Shown here in pieces: positions 31,106 to 42,695 of a stretch of 64,000 bases of DNA. Source of the DNA: Eledone cirrhosa (taxonomy: Eukaryota); contig OZ024756.1 in the NCBI GenBank assembly GCA_964016885.1, positions 18,972,001 through 19,036,000 of the forward strand, given 5' to 3'. Under the pieces are notes generated by a model. The model saw only the letters and a program-made list of their open reading frames with translations. It ran no database searches and had not been told where the DNA came from. The stretch's first letter is position 1, and the number at the start of each line of letters is the position of its first letter. A program made the translations under genes and the position numbers.

Positions 31106-31931
31106 TGCCCACTTATTCCTGAGAGGGTCGTGTGTGTGTGTGTGTGTGTGAGTGAGAGAGAGAGTCCTCGAACACTCTTTCCAAGCGGGTCCTGTCAGAA
31201 GCAACCATCTCCAATCCCCAACTGATCCGGCTGGATCCCCAAGTGAGATCAGCCAAACTCTTGGGTGTTATCCATCCATCTTGCTTGGGGTCTGCCCCTG
31301 GGTCTCCTGCCTGTTGGTTTTGCCTGTAAAATCTGTCCAGGGATTCTTTATCAAATCTGAAAAAAAAATCAGCTATTTTGAACCACAAGAGTTGAGGTAG
31401 ATAATTGAGTCAGATCAGTCAGTATAAGTTGACACAGATCAACATAACTACAAAAGATATCTCGGTACATATATGTAACCAGAGGCCCCATAGTGACATA
31501 CAGTGTGTCTTGTGTATTTAAAATCTGGCAAAGCCCATCCACTCTCCAGGTCAGAACACAGCTGATTTCTTCTAGAGAAAGAAAGGAGAGATATTGATAG
31601 AGAGGAAATGAGAAGGAGATGTAGAGAAAGCACCAACCCTAGTATTGAAGGGTTACCCTTTATTGATCTCAAAAGGATGAAATGCAAATTTGACCTCAGT
31701 GGGATTTCAACACAGAGTATAGACAGCTGAAACAAATACCACAAAGCATTCTATCTGACATTCTAATGACTATATCAATTGAGTACCTTCAGTACAGATA
31801 TAACAAAATTAATTTAAGGTGTTAGGAACAAACTAGAGTCACATTCTGTTTATTAACATTTGAATTATCACAATTCAAATAAACACTTTATGTCTGTAAT
31901 GTTAACATATCCTCCTTGTTGTCTATCCCAG

Positions 31932-32351
31932 GCACAAAAACACAACTGCAGTGGCCCAACATGTGGCCCGAAGCCTCATGAGTCAAGGGAAGTTAATTTT
32001 GATCCAGAAGTTAGGCGTGCTGGTGAAGGGATTATCGGACTTCAAGCCGGAAGCAACAAATTTGCAACACAACAAGGAATGAGTTTCGGAGCTGTCCGTC
32101 ATATAGCAGATATCCGCTGTGACCAGTACGATCCAGAAAGCAACAGAGATGTTGCCTTACAAAGTGGCAGCAACAAATTTGCAACACAAAAAGGAATGAG
32201 CTTTGGAGCGGTTCGTCACGGGAATGACATAAAGTCAGAAGAAACATCAGAGGAAGGCAAACGCACCATTAATCTCCAATATGGCTACACTGCCGGTGCA
32301 AACCAATCAGGAATGAGTTTTGGAAAGAATAGATCCATTGTAGATCTATAA
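31932..32351 (+). CDS. Calponin-family terminal exon B (139 aa, 3 repeats)
   Basis: Acceptor CCTCCTTGTTGTCTATCCCAG|GCA, then AQKHNCSGPTCGPKP...NRSIVDL*, intact. Confidence 0.85.
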   Translation, partial: AQKHNCSGPTCGPKPHESREVNFDPEVRRAGEGIIGLQAGSNKFATQQGMSFGAVRHIADIRCDQYDPESNRDVALQSGSNKFATQKGMSFGAVRHGNDIKSEETSEEGKRTINLQYGYTAGANQSGMSFGKNRSIVDL

Positions 32352-32706
32352 TTTCAAGCTTGAAAAACAAAACCAGTTGAAACAAAAACAGTTGAAATTT
32401 TCTTTGCACCAGCTAATTGAATGTCCCTGCTTCACCAGCTTTAGTTCCACAGCGCATTGGTTTGTTATACTTCACTGCCACACTTAATTATCTTGCCTTA
32501 ATTATGAATTATAATTGAAAATAGAAATATCCAAATACAGTCACTACAATTATAACTATAATGATAATAGTGTTATAAAATTTTGTAAAATATTCTCTGG
32601 GAAGACAATATGTTGCCAGTTTGTAAAGTTTAAATGCTGTTGTCCGTTATGTCATATTCCCACAACATATAACAAACTGAAACTATACAGATAAAAATGT
32701 TGAATA

Positions 32707-33399
32707 TATGAGGAATATTTTCCACTGCATGGATCATCTTTTTGTCTCTGGCTCAAAGTGATGAACCCAACACTCGTCCTGAGTCAGGAAATGTTCAAGG
32801 CAATCAGCTGGATCTGCCTCAAACAATGTCAGATTTTCCCGTGATGTAATCACCCTGGTGCGATTTTGTTCATAGTGTAAGTCCATTATGCAGAATGTTC
32901 TCAACTTTCTCATGGGATATGCTAATAGCATTGGCTATTCAAAATTTATAGTCAATCACCTGTCATCCATCACCATGTGGTGAACACAATCAATGTTTTC
33001 CTCGGTGGTGGCAGTTGCAGGATGTCCAGGCCTTTGGTCAGCTTCAAGACTCTCCTTTCCCCTCCTAAATTAAGCTGCCCCTTTTTGCACAGTTGATAAA
33101 GCTGGAGCATCATGCTCTAATGTAGCAACCATGTTAGCATGTATATCCTTGGAGACTAAACCCTTTTTCTGCAGGAATTTGATAACACCACAATGCCAAA
33201 TTTTGTCCCTTTTCAAGAGCAGTCGCTACTGGTTACATTTGAAGTCTTCTTTAATCGGTCAGATGTCAGTTTACCTGGAAGGAAACAATGCAGTTATAAT
33301 AAGAAGAATTTAAATTAATGTATGCAAGATTTCACAGTTCTAGCATCATTTCTTCATAGTCAGCCTACCAGCCTATGATTTTTTCAGCCAACCCTCATA
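32707..33399 (-). mobile_element. Decayed, internally deleted mariner (Tc1/mariner) element
   Basis: Encodes FLTQDECWVHHFEPETKR (the mariner TGDETW...PE motif) and an N-terminal HTH remnant. A TIR-like end CTATGATTTTTTCAGCCAACCCTCATA is present. The element is absent from the paralogous flanks. Confidence 0.8.
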
Positions 33400-34634
33400 T
33401 GGAGTGAGAAATTATTAGAATAATACCAAGATGGTGGCCACAGTCGATTGAATCTGCTCCAGATTACGTAGTAATTTACCTGTTGAACCAAATACCCACC
33501 ACCCCTACTGGGCCCTACCCACCAAAAATGGATGATGCTGGACAGTGGCGTATTGATAGGGGGTAAAGCTGCACCCACCAAAAAAAATTTATGTCGGAAA
33601 ATTTGGTTTTGTCAGAAAATTCTAAACTTTTCAAAAATTATTATATACTTTGTTCATTTATTTTAATTACACGAAACATAATAAAATATGTACAATACAA
33701 TAATGAATAAAGATGTCATAATAATGATTGGCATGCATAAAAATGACCCTTGACCTTTTATATAATATACCTGTCATCTTATAAAACACATTTTTTAGTT
33801 TATACAAAAAAAAACAGAAAATTAATGACATATTTGTATTCTACCTTATTATTATTTTCATTATTTTGAAATTGCGTTTTTTAAAAAAAAAGGCAGTAAA
33901 TTTGAAGTCTCAAAATAAGTTCGGATTTTTTTCATATTCTCGTTATCATATATTATATTATCTCTCTAACGGCGGTAAATTGGCAGTATCGGTAGAGGGT
34001 TGGACGCCATGCTTTCTAGCACAGTTACGTCCCTTTACAGTCTGAGTTCAAATCCCGCCGAGGTTAACTTTGCCTTTCATCCTTACAGGGTCGATAAAAT
34101 AAAGTACCAGTAATGTACTGGGTAATTGCTGGCCTTGTGCCTAAAGTAGAAACAATTATATTATCTCTCTTTCCCTTGTCGATTTATTTTTATTTTTCTA
34201 CCACTGTCAATATATCTATGTATATGTGTAAATATACGTAGTATACAACATAAATTGTTAGTGTTGCTGCTTTCATAAAATATACTTCGTTAAGTCTGTA
34301 AAGTGGTTGTGCTTGTGTAAAAAATAAATTAGTAATTTTTGTCAAAAAATTATGAACGTCTGCAAACCCCCCTAAAATGATAGGAGCAATATGCTTATGA
34401 TGCTGGAATAAATGCTCAATACTCATATTGACTGAAAGTTTGAAATTTATAGGCTTGGTAAAGTAAGTACCAGTTATATTCTTTGGTCAATATAACTGAC
34501 AACATAAGAAGATGGTGCCACATCATGATCACAGTCCAATGAACTGGAACCAGTAAAAAATAAAATAAAATGACCGGAAAGCCAAACTCCTTTCTGCAAT
34601 AATTCATCTAAAATTAGACATCAAACTAAAATTC

Positions 34635-35545
34635 ATCATCATCATCATTTTTACATCTGCTTTTCGATGCGTGCCTGGGTTGGAGAGGTCCTTCTCAGCA
34701 CAGCATCTTTTCACTCACCATATTTTTTCGTCATCTCCTGTGTGAGTCACAGCAATTTGAGGTCAGCTCTCACCACATCCACCCATGTCTTTCTCAGTCT
34801 ACCTCTTCTGTAACTTCCTTCCACTGGCCTTTCCTGGCATTTCTTCACCCAACAATCATTGTCCATGCGCATCACATATCTGTACCAACATAGTCTTCTC
34901 TCCTGCACAACCATCTCGGATTCCTTTTAAATGCACCTTCTCCCTCAGTTCATTCAAGCGCTGCCTTTCTCTCACATTTACATTGTACATCCAACGAAGC
35001 ATGGCTGCTTCATTTCTCTCCAGTCTACGCATGTCTTCTGCAGTCACAACCCATGTTTCACTACCACGCAGCATTTCACTTTGCACACAGCCATAATACT
35101 GTCCTCCTTTTGTGGTCAACAGTGGGAGTAGCTCTCTAAACCTCTTCCATACTATTCTTATTCTAGCTATTATGCTCTCAGAGGCCCTTCTCCACTGCTA
35201 AGTGACCTAGATAACAAAAACTATCAACCCCCTCTATGGACCCTTCCTGAAACTGGAAAAGGTTTACATTACTGACACTCTTCCATTTGGTTTTCTCTGT
35301 TCATCTTCTACTTACAAAGTTCTCCCTTCCTGTTAGTCTACCAGCTATCCCTTTACATCTCTAGTGTAACCAAGATTTACATTGTGTACATCGTATGGAG
35401 TTTATGCTTACCCTTTTCTACATATTGAGCAGGGTCATTTCCCTGAAGGGATTAGGGTCCTACCTTCTTTCCTACTCACTAGCACTTTAGTTTTCGCTAA
35501 GTTTACTCTCAGACTTTGTCATTCCATATTCTGTTTCCATAAGGG
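34635..35545 (-). mobile_element. Decayed RTE LINE fragment
   Basis: Encodes [29 protein letters not shown], with a (GAT)n tail near 34635. Confidence 0.85.
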
Positions 35546-35939
35546 GTAGCCCACTAAACTTCTTCCATCCTATCCTTATTCTAGCTATTGTAATCTCAGA
35601 GACCCTCGTTCATTAGTAATTAAGAGAAAGGGATATAGAGCAAGAATTGGCCACAGTACTGCACAGGTATTTTTTTTTACCTTGAAAGGATACAAATTTG
35701 ACCTCAGCAGGATTTCAACACAGAGTATAGACAGCTGAAACGAATACCACAAAGCATTCTATCTGACATTCTAATGACTCTATCATTTGAGTACCTTCAA
35801 TACAGATATAACAAAACCAATTTAAGATGTTAGGAACAAACTAGAGTCACATTCTGTTTATTAACATTTGAATTATCACAATTCAAATAAACACTTTATG
35901 TCTGTAATGTTAACATATCCTCCTTGTTGTCTATCCCAG

Positions 35940-36710
35940 GCACAAAAACACAACTGCAGTGGCCCAACATGTGGCCCGAAGCCTCATGAGTCAAGGGAAG
36001 TTAATTTTGATCCAGAAGTAATGCGTGCTGGTGAAGGGATTATCGGACTTCAAGCAGGAACCAACAAATTTGCGACACAACAAGGAATGAGTTTCGGAGC
36101 AGTCCGTCACGTCGCAGATATCCGCTGTGACCAGTACGATCCAGAAAGCAATAGAGATATAGGCCTGCAAAGTGGCACCAATAAATTTGCAACACAAAAA
36201 GGAATCAGTTTCGGAGCTGTCCGTCACATAAACGACATCCTCTGTGACCCGTGCGATGCAGAAAGCAACAGAGACATAGGCCTGCAAAGTGGCACCAATA
36301 AATTTGCCTCACAAAAAGGTATCGTCATTGGTGGTGTCCGCCATGTTTCAGATATCCGTTGTGATGACATGAAACAGGACTCACAAGGACACATAAGTTT
36401 ACTAACTGCCAGCAATAAATTTGCAACACAACAAGGAATGGTAATGGGAGGTGTCCGTCACATTGCAGATATCCGCTGTGACCAGTATGATGCAGAAAGC
36501 AACAGAGAAGTTGCCTTACAAAGTGGCAGCAACAAATTTGCAACACAAAAAGGAATGAGCTTTGGAGCGGTTCGTCACGGGAATGACATAAAGTCAGAAG
36601 AAACATCAGAGGAAGGCAAACGCACCATCAATCTCCAATATGGCTACACTGCCGGTGCAAACCAATCAGGAATGAGTTTTGGAAAGAATAGATCCATTGT
36701 AGATCTGTAA
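35940..36710 (+). CDS. Calponin-family terminal exon C (256 aa, 6 repeats)
   Basis: Same acceptor as exon B and an intact frame to SIVDL*. Confidence 0.88.
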   Translation, partial: AQKHNCSGPTCGPKPHESREVNFDPEVMRAGEGIIGLQAGTNKFATQQGMSFGAVRHVADIRCDQYDPESNRDIGLQSGTNKFATQKGISFGAVRHINDILCDPCDAESNRDIGLQSGTNKFASQKGIVIGGVRHVSDIRCDDMKQDSQGHISLLTASNKFATQQGMVMGGVRHIADIRCDQYDAESNREVALQSGSNKFATQKGMSFGAVRHGNDIKSEETSEEGKRTINLQYGYTAGANQSGMSFGKNRSIVDL

Positions 36711-37408
36711 TTTCAAGCTTGAAAAACCAAGTCAAAACAAAACCAGTCGAAACAAAAACAGTTGAAATTTTCTTTGCACCAGCTAATTGAATATCCCTGC
36801 TTCACCAGCTTTAGTTCCACAGCGCATTCATCCGTTATATTTCACTGCTACACGTTATTATTTTGCCTTGATTATTAATCTTCTTTTCTTCTTTTCTTTT
36901 TCTATTTCTTCTTTTCTTTTTCTATTTCTTCTTCTTCTTCTTGCACACAGGCGTCATACAGTCATCTTTTTTTTTATATAGGGTGAAACCTGTTGTTGTC
37001 AAGTGGGAGTAGCTCTAAAATTCTTCCATCCTATTCTTATTCTAGCTATTGTACTCTCAGATACCCTCGTTCATTATTACTAATTAAGAGAAAAAGATAT
37101 AGAGCAAGAATCGATCGCAGTACTGCACAGGTACTTTTTATTGACCTTGAAAGTATGAATTACAAATTTGACCTCAGTGGGATTTCAACACAGAGTATAG
37201 ACAGTTGAAATGAATACTACAAAGCATTCTATCTGACATTCTAATGACTATATCAATTGAATACCTTCAGCACAGATATAACAAAATTAATTTAAGGTGT
37301 TAGGACAAACTAGAGTCACATTCTGTTTATTAACATTTGAATTATCACAATACTAATAAACACTTTATGTCTGTAATGTTAACATATCCTCCTTGTTGTC
37401 TATCCCAG

Positions 37409-38062
37409 GCACAAAAACACAACTGCAGTGGCCCAACATGTGGCCCGAAGCCTCATGAGTCAAGGGAAGTTAACTTTGATCCAGAAGTAATGCGTGCTGG
37501 TGAAGGGATTATCGGACTTCAAGCAGGAACCAATAAATTTGCAACACAAAAAGGAATGAGTTTCGGAGCTATCCGTCACATAAACGACATCCTCTTTGAC
37601 CCGTGCGATGCAGAAAGCAACAGAGACATAGGCCTGCAAAGTGGCACCAATAAATTTGCCTCACAAAAAGGTATCGTCATTGGTGGTGTCCGCCATGTTT
37701 CAGATATCCGTTGTGATGACATGAAACAGGACTCACAAGGACACATAAGTTTACTAACTGCCAGCAATAAATTTGCAACACAACAAGGAATGGTAATGGG
37801 AGGTGTCCGTCATATAGCAGATATCCGCTGTGACCAGTATGATGCAGAAAGCAACAGAGATGTTGCCTTACAAAGTGGCAGCAACAAATTTGCAACACAA
37901 AAAGGAATGAGCTTTGGAGCAGTTCGTCACGGGAATGACATAAAGTCAGAAGAAACATCAGAGGAAGGCAAACGCACCATTAATCTCCAATATGGCTACA
38001 CTGCCGGTGCAAACCAATCAGGAATGAGTTTTGGAAAGAATAGATCCATTGTAGATCTATAA
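37409..38062 (+). CDS. Calponin-family terminal exon D (217 aa, 5 repeats)
   Basis: Same acceptor, intact frame, and only ~700 nt after the stop codon of exon C. Confidence 0.87.
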   Translation, partial: AQKHNCSGPTCGPKPHESREVNFDPEVMRAGEGIIGLQAGTNKFATQKGMSFGAIRHINDILFDPCDAESNRDIGLQSGTNKFASQKGIVIGGVRHVSDIRCDDMKQDSQGHISLLTASNKFATQQGMVMGGVRHIADIRCDQYDAESNRDVALQSGSNKFATQKGMSFGAVRHGNDIKSEETSEEGKRTINLQYGYTAGANQSGMSFGKNRSIVDL

Positions 38063-38567
38063 TTTCAAGCTTGAAAAAAATAATCAAAATATTCAAACAG
38101 TTGAAATTTTTGTTGCACCAGCTAACAGAATGTCCCTGCTTAACCAGCTTTAGTTCTACAGCGTATTTATCTGTTATATTTCACTGGCACACTTTATTAT
38201 TTTATCTTAATTATTAATCTCCTTATTCTTTGTTTATTCCTGTGTGGGTCATGGGGAAGCAGAGTTCTCAAACACTCCTTCCAGCAGGTCCGGTCAGAAG
38301 CAATTGCCTTCAACTGATCCAGCTGGATCCCTAAACGAAACCAAATCTAAATTTGAAAATGTTGATATCCAAATACAGAGTCACTACAATGATAATTATA
38401 ATGATAATAGCATTAGAAAATTGGTTTAAATATTATCTTGGACAGACAATATGTGACCAACATGTAAAGTTTAAATACTGTTGTCAATTATGTCATATTT
38501 CCATAACATATGATAACAAACTGAAACTATACTGATAAAAATGTTGAGTAGATAGAATAATAGCAAT

Positions 38568-39213
38568 ATGGTGGCCACAGTAGATAGAATGGGAAATAGT
38601 TGGAATAATAACAATATGGTGGCCACAGTAGATAGAATGGGAAATAGTTGGAATAATAGCAATATGGTGGCCACAGTAGATAGAATGGGAAATAGTTGGA
38701 ATAATAGCAATATGGTGACCACAGAGGATAGAATGGGAAATAGTTGGAATATTAGCAATATGGTGGCCACAGTAGATAGAATGGGAAATAGTTGGAATAT
38801 TAGCAATATGGTGGCCACAGTAGATAGAATGGCAAATAGTTGGAATAATAGCAATATGGTGGCCACAGTAGATAGAATGGGAAATAGTTGGAATAATAGC
38901 AATATGGTGGCCACAGTAGATAGAATGGAAAATAGTTGGAATAATAGCAATATGGTGGCCACAGTAGATAGAATGGGAAATAGTTGGAATAATAGCAATA
39001 TGGTGGCCACAGTAGATAGAATGGAAAATAGTTGGAATATTAGCAATATGGTGGCCACAGTAGATAGAATGGAAAATAGTTGGAATAATAGCAATATGGT
39101 GGCCACAGTAGATAGAATGGAAAATAGTTGGAATAATAGCAATATGGTGGCCACAGTAGATAGAATGGAAAATAGTTGGAATATTAGCAATATGGTGGCC
39201 ACAGTAGATAGAA
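38568..39213. repeat. 48-bp minisatellite, 13 full copies plus a partial
   Basis: Unit ATGGTGGCCACAGTAGATAGAATGGGAAATAGTTGGAATAATAGCAAT. Confidence 0.95.
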
Positions 39214-39457
39214 TCTGCTCCAGATTGTGTAATTGTGTAGCAATTCACTTGCTGAAACAAATACCCCTACCTCCAGCCTCTCCAAAAAAAATTGGTGGTG
39301 CTGGACATTGGCATATTGCAAGGGATGGGGGTGATCATGCAGCTGCACAACCCCAAAAAATTGTTGTCAGAAAATTCTTAACTTTTCAAAAATTATTATA
39401 TACTTTGCTCATTTATTTTAATTACATGAAACATAATACAATAGGTACAATACAATA

Positions 39458-39636
39458 ATTGTTTCTACTTTTGGCACAGGGCCAGCAATTATCCAGTACA
39501 TTACTGGTACTTTATTTTATCGACCCCGTAAGGATGAAAGGCAAAGTTAACCTCGACAGGATTTGAACTCAGAATGGCAAGGGCCGTAACTCTATGCGTC
39601 AAAGCATGGCGTCCGACCCTCTACCGATACTGCCAA
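39458..39636 (-). mobile_element. SINE family 1 copy
   Basis: Reverse complement of the 23087/33970 type. Confidence 0.85.
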
Positions 39637-39925
39637 TGATTGGCATGCATAAAAATGACCGTTGACCTTTTATATAATATACCTGTCATCTTATATAACA
39701 CATTTCTTAGTTTCTACAAAAAACCATGAAAATAATGACATATTTGTATTCCACCTTATTATTATTTTCATTATTTTGAAATTGCGTTTTTTTAAAAAAG
39801 GCAGTAAATTTGAAATTTCCAAAATAAGTTCGGATTTTTTTTCATATCTCGATATATATTATATTATCTCTCTTTCCCTTGTCGATTTATTTTTCTTTTT
39901 CTACCACTGTCAATAATTCTATGTA

Positions 39926-39958
<33 letters not shown>

Positions 39959-39983
39959 CTATATATCCATCATCATCATCATC

Positions 39984-40015
<32 letters not shown>

Positions 40016-40372
40016 CATGCATATATATATGGAGGCACATGGATTAGTGGTTAGAGCATTGGCCTTGCAATCGAAAGGTTGTGAGTTCAATTCTGAGACC
40101 GGGTGATGTGTTGTTTCCTTGAGCAAGACACTTTATTTCACATTGCTCCAGTTTACTCAGCTGTAGAAATGAGATGATAGGGACTTGGGCCCCTAATCAT
40201 TCCACTGCAAAGTGGTCGTGGAGGTGCCATGCAAAAAAAGCACCCAGCACTCACTGTAAATGAGGTTGGTGTTAGGAAGGGCATCCAGCTGTAGAAATCA
40301 AGCCAGAATCAGTTCCCGTCCCACCCTTCCAAGCAGGGAAAAGTGGACGTAAAATGAAATGATGATGAATGA

Positions 40373-40408
<36 letters not shown>

Positions 40409-40540
40409 AGATAAATCTACCAAAAGTTTACGGTAGTGTCCAATCCGTATGAAGAACTCAATGTAATCCGGATATCATGAAAAGAAGAGATGCATTCAAA
40501 AATCACTTTCGGTGAAAGATAAACGGAATACAGAGTCAAG

Positions 40541-40900
40541 ATAAATTATTAAAAAAATAATGAATAAACAAAGAAACAGTTCCTTATATTAAACAAAAAA
40601 AGTTCATTATTTTACGATCGTTTCTAGGACATATATGTGTTAGAATTGGTATGCATATTCAAAAGATCTATGTACAAAATTATACAAACTATCAAAGAGA
40701 ATATACATACCTTCACATATATATGTGAAGGTATGTATATTCTCTTTGATAGTTTGTATAATTTTGTACATAGATCTTTTGAATATGCATACCAATTCTA
40801 ACACATATATGTCCTAGAAACGATCGTAAAATAATGAACTTTTTTTGTTTAATATAAGGAACTGTTTCTTTGTTTATTCATTATTTTTTTAATAATTTAT
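40541..40900. repeat. Spacerless 360-bp palindrome
   Basis: Centre is CTTCACATAT|ATATGTGAAG at 40720/40721, and the arms match out to ATAAATTATT / AATAATTTAT. Confidence 0.92.
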
Positions 40901-41006
40901 ATATATATATATAAAGTTTTACATATACGTAAAGTTATAGATATATATGTTGCAACCAGTCACTTTTAAGCTCTATGAAGAATTAATAAATTAAATAATC
41001 AGAGCA

Positions 41007-41149
41007 ATATATCATAAATCATGTCTTTAGAATTATTAGATAAAATATATACCGTTTCTTCTTCCAATTAGCATAAATATTATGCTAATTGGAAGAAGAA
41101 ACGGTATATATTTTATCTAATAATTCTAAAGACATGATTTATGATATAT
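41007..41149. repeat. Hairpin with 70-bp arms and a 3-nt loop
   Basis: ...CCAATTAGCATAA-ATA-TTATGCTAATTGG... Confidence 0.9.
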
Positions 41150-41284
41150 ATATATATATATAGTACACTCTATAAATTGTTAGTGTTGCTGCCTTTATAC
41201 AATATACATTCTCAAATCTGTAAAGTGGTTGTATTGGTGTCACAAAAAATACACCCAGTATACTCTCTAAAATTAGTCATTTTC

Positions 41285-41700
41285 ATCAACTGTAACTTCC
41301 CTCCACTGGCATTTCCTGGCACTTCTTCATCCACCGACCATTGTCCATGCACATCACATGTCTGTACCAACATAGTCTTCTCTCATGCACTCCACCTCGG
41401 ATTCATCTTAAACCCACCTTCCTCCTCAGTTCATCCAAGCTCTGCCTTTCTCTAACATTCACATTGTACATCCAACAAAGCATGTCAGCTTCATTTCTAT
41501 CCAGTCTATGCATGTTTTCTGCAGTCACTGCCCATGTTTCACTACCATGCAGCATCACACTTTGCACACAGGTGTCATACAATCAACCTTTTGTATATAG
41601 GAAGAAACCTCTTGTTGTGAACAGTGGGAGTAGCTCTAAACTACTTCCATCCTATCCTTCTAGCTATTGTGCTCTCAGAGACCCTCTTTCATCACTAATT
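41285..41700 (-). mobile_element. Decayed RTE LINE fragment, paralogous to the one before exon C
   Basis: Aligns by eye with ~34808-35200. Confidence 0.8.
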
Positions 41701-42041
41701 AAGAGAAAGAGATATCAGAGACCCTCCTTCATCACTAATTAAGAGAAAGAGATATAGAGCAAGAATCGACCGCAGGACAGGTACTTTTTATTGTCCTCGA
41801 AAGGATGAATTACAAATTTGACCTCAGTGGGATTTCAACTCAGAGTATAGATAGCTGAAACTATCTAACATTCTAATGACTCTATCAATTGAGATCCTTC
41901 AGCATAAATATAACAAAACTAATCTAAGAGGTTAGGAACAAACTAGAGTCACATTCTGTTTATTAACATTTGAATTATCACAATACTAATAAACACTTTA
42001 TGTCTGTAATGTTAACATATCCTCCTTGTTGTCTATCCCAG

Positions 42042-42695
42042 GCACAAAGACACAACTACAATGGCCCAGAATATGGTTCGAAGCCTTATGACAAACAGAA
42101 ATTTAGTTTCACTCCAGAAGTAATGCGTGCTGGTGAAGGGATTATTGGATGTCAAGCTGGAACCAATAAATTTGCAACACAAAAAGGAATGAGTTTCGGA
42201 GCTGTCCGTCACATAAATGATATCATCTGTGACCAGTATGATCCAGAGAGCAACACGATTGTTGGCCTGCAAAGTGGCACCAATAAATTTGCCTCACAAA
42301 AAGGTATCGTCATTGGTGGTGTCCGCCATGTTTCAGATATCCGTTGTGATGACATGACACAAGACTCACAAGGACACATAAGTTTACTAACTGCCAGCAA
42401 TAAATTTGCAACACAAACAGGAATGGTGATGGGAGGTGTCCGTCACATTGCAGATATCCGCTGTGACCAGTACGATGCAGAAAGCAACAGAGATGTTGCC
42501 CTGCAAAGCGGTACCAACAAATTTGCAAATCAAAAAGGAATGAGCTTCGGAGCGGTTCGTCACGGGAATGACATAAAGTCAGATGAAATATCAGAGGAAG
42601 GCAAACGCACCATCAATCTCCAATATGGCTACACCGCTGGTGCAAACCAATCAGGAATGAGTTTTGGAAAGAATAGATCCATTGTAGATCTGTAA
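42042..42695 (+). CDS. Calponin-family terminal exon E (217 aa, 5 repeats, divergent leader)
   Basis: Same acceptor, then AQRHNYNGPEYGSKPYDKQKFSFTPEVMRAGEG...SIVDL*. Confidence 0.87.
   Translation, partial: AQRHNYNGPEYGSKPYDKQKFSFTPEVMRAGEGIIGCQAGTNKFATQKGMSFGAVRHINDIICDQYDPESNTIVGLQSGTNKFASQKGIVIGGVRHVSDIRCDDMTQDSQGHISLLTASNKFATQTGMVMGGVRHIADIRCDQYDAESNRDVALQSGTNKFANQKGMSFGAVRHGNDIKSDEISEEGKRTINLQYGYTAGANQSGMSFGKNRSIVDL

Noticed and set aside
30827-31204. Lys-rich (histone H1-like) and Glu-rich ORFs
   Set aside because: They come from a 36-bp CTT-rich minisatellite that is open in several frames, with no exon boundaries.
31860-31931. N-terminus MNYHNSNKHFMSVMLTYPPCCLSQ shared by five calponin ORFs in the track
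   Set aside because: It starts at TTG and is the translated intron cassette ending in the pyrimidine tract and CAG. Family homology and similarity to exon A begin only at AQ.
38471-39458. 243-296 aa repetitive ORFs on both strands
   Set aside because: They come from a 48-bp minisatellite with no splice context, and paralogous spacers hold only 1-2 copies.
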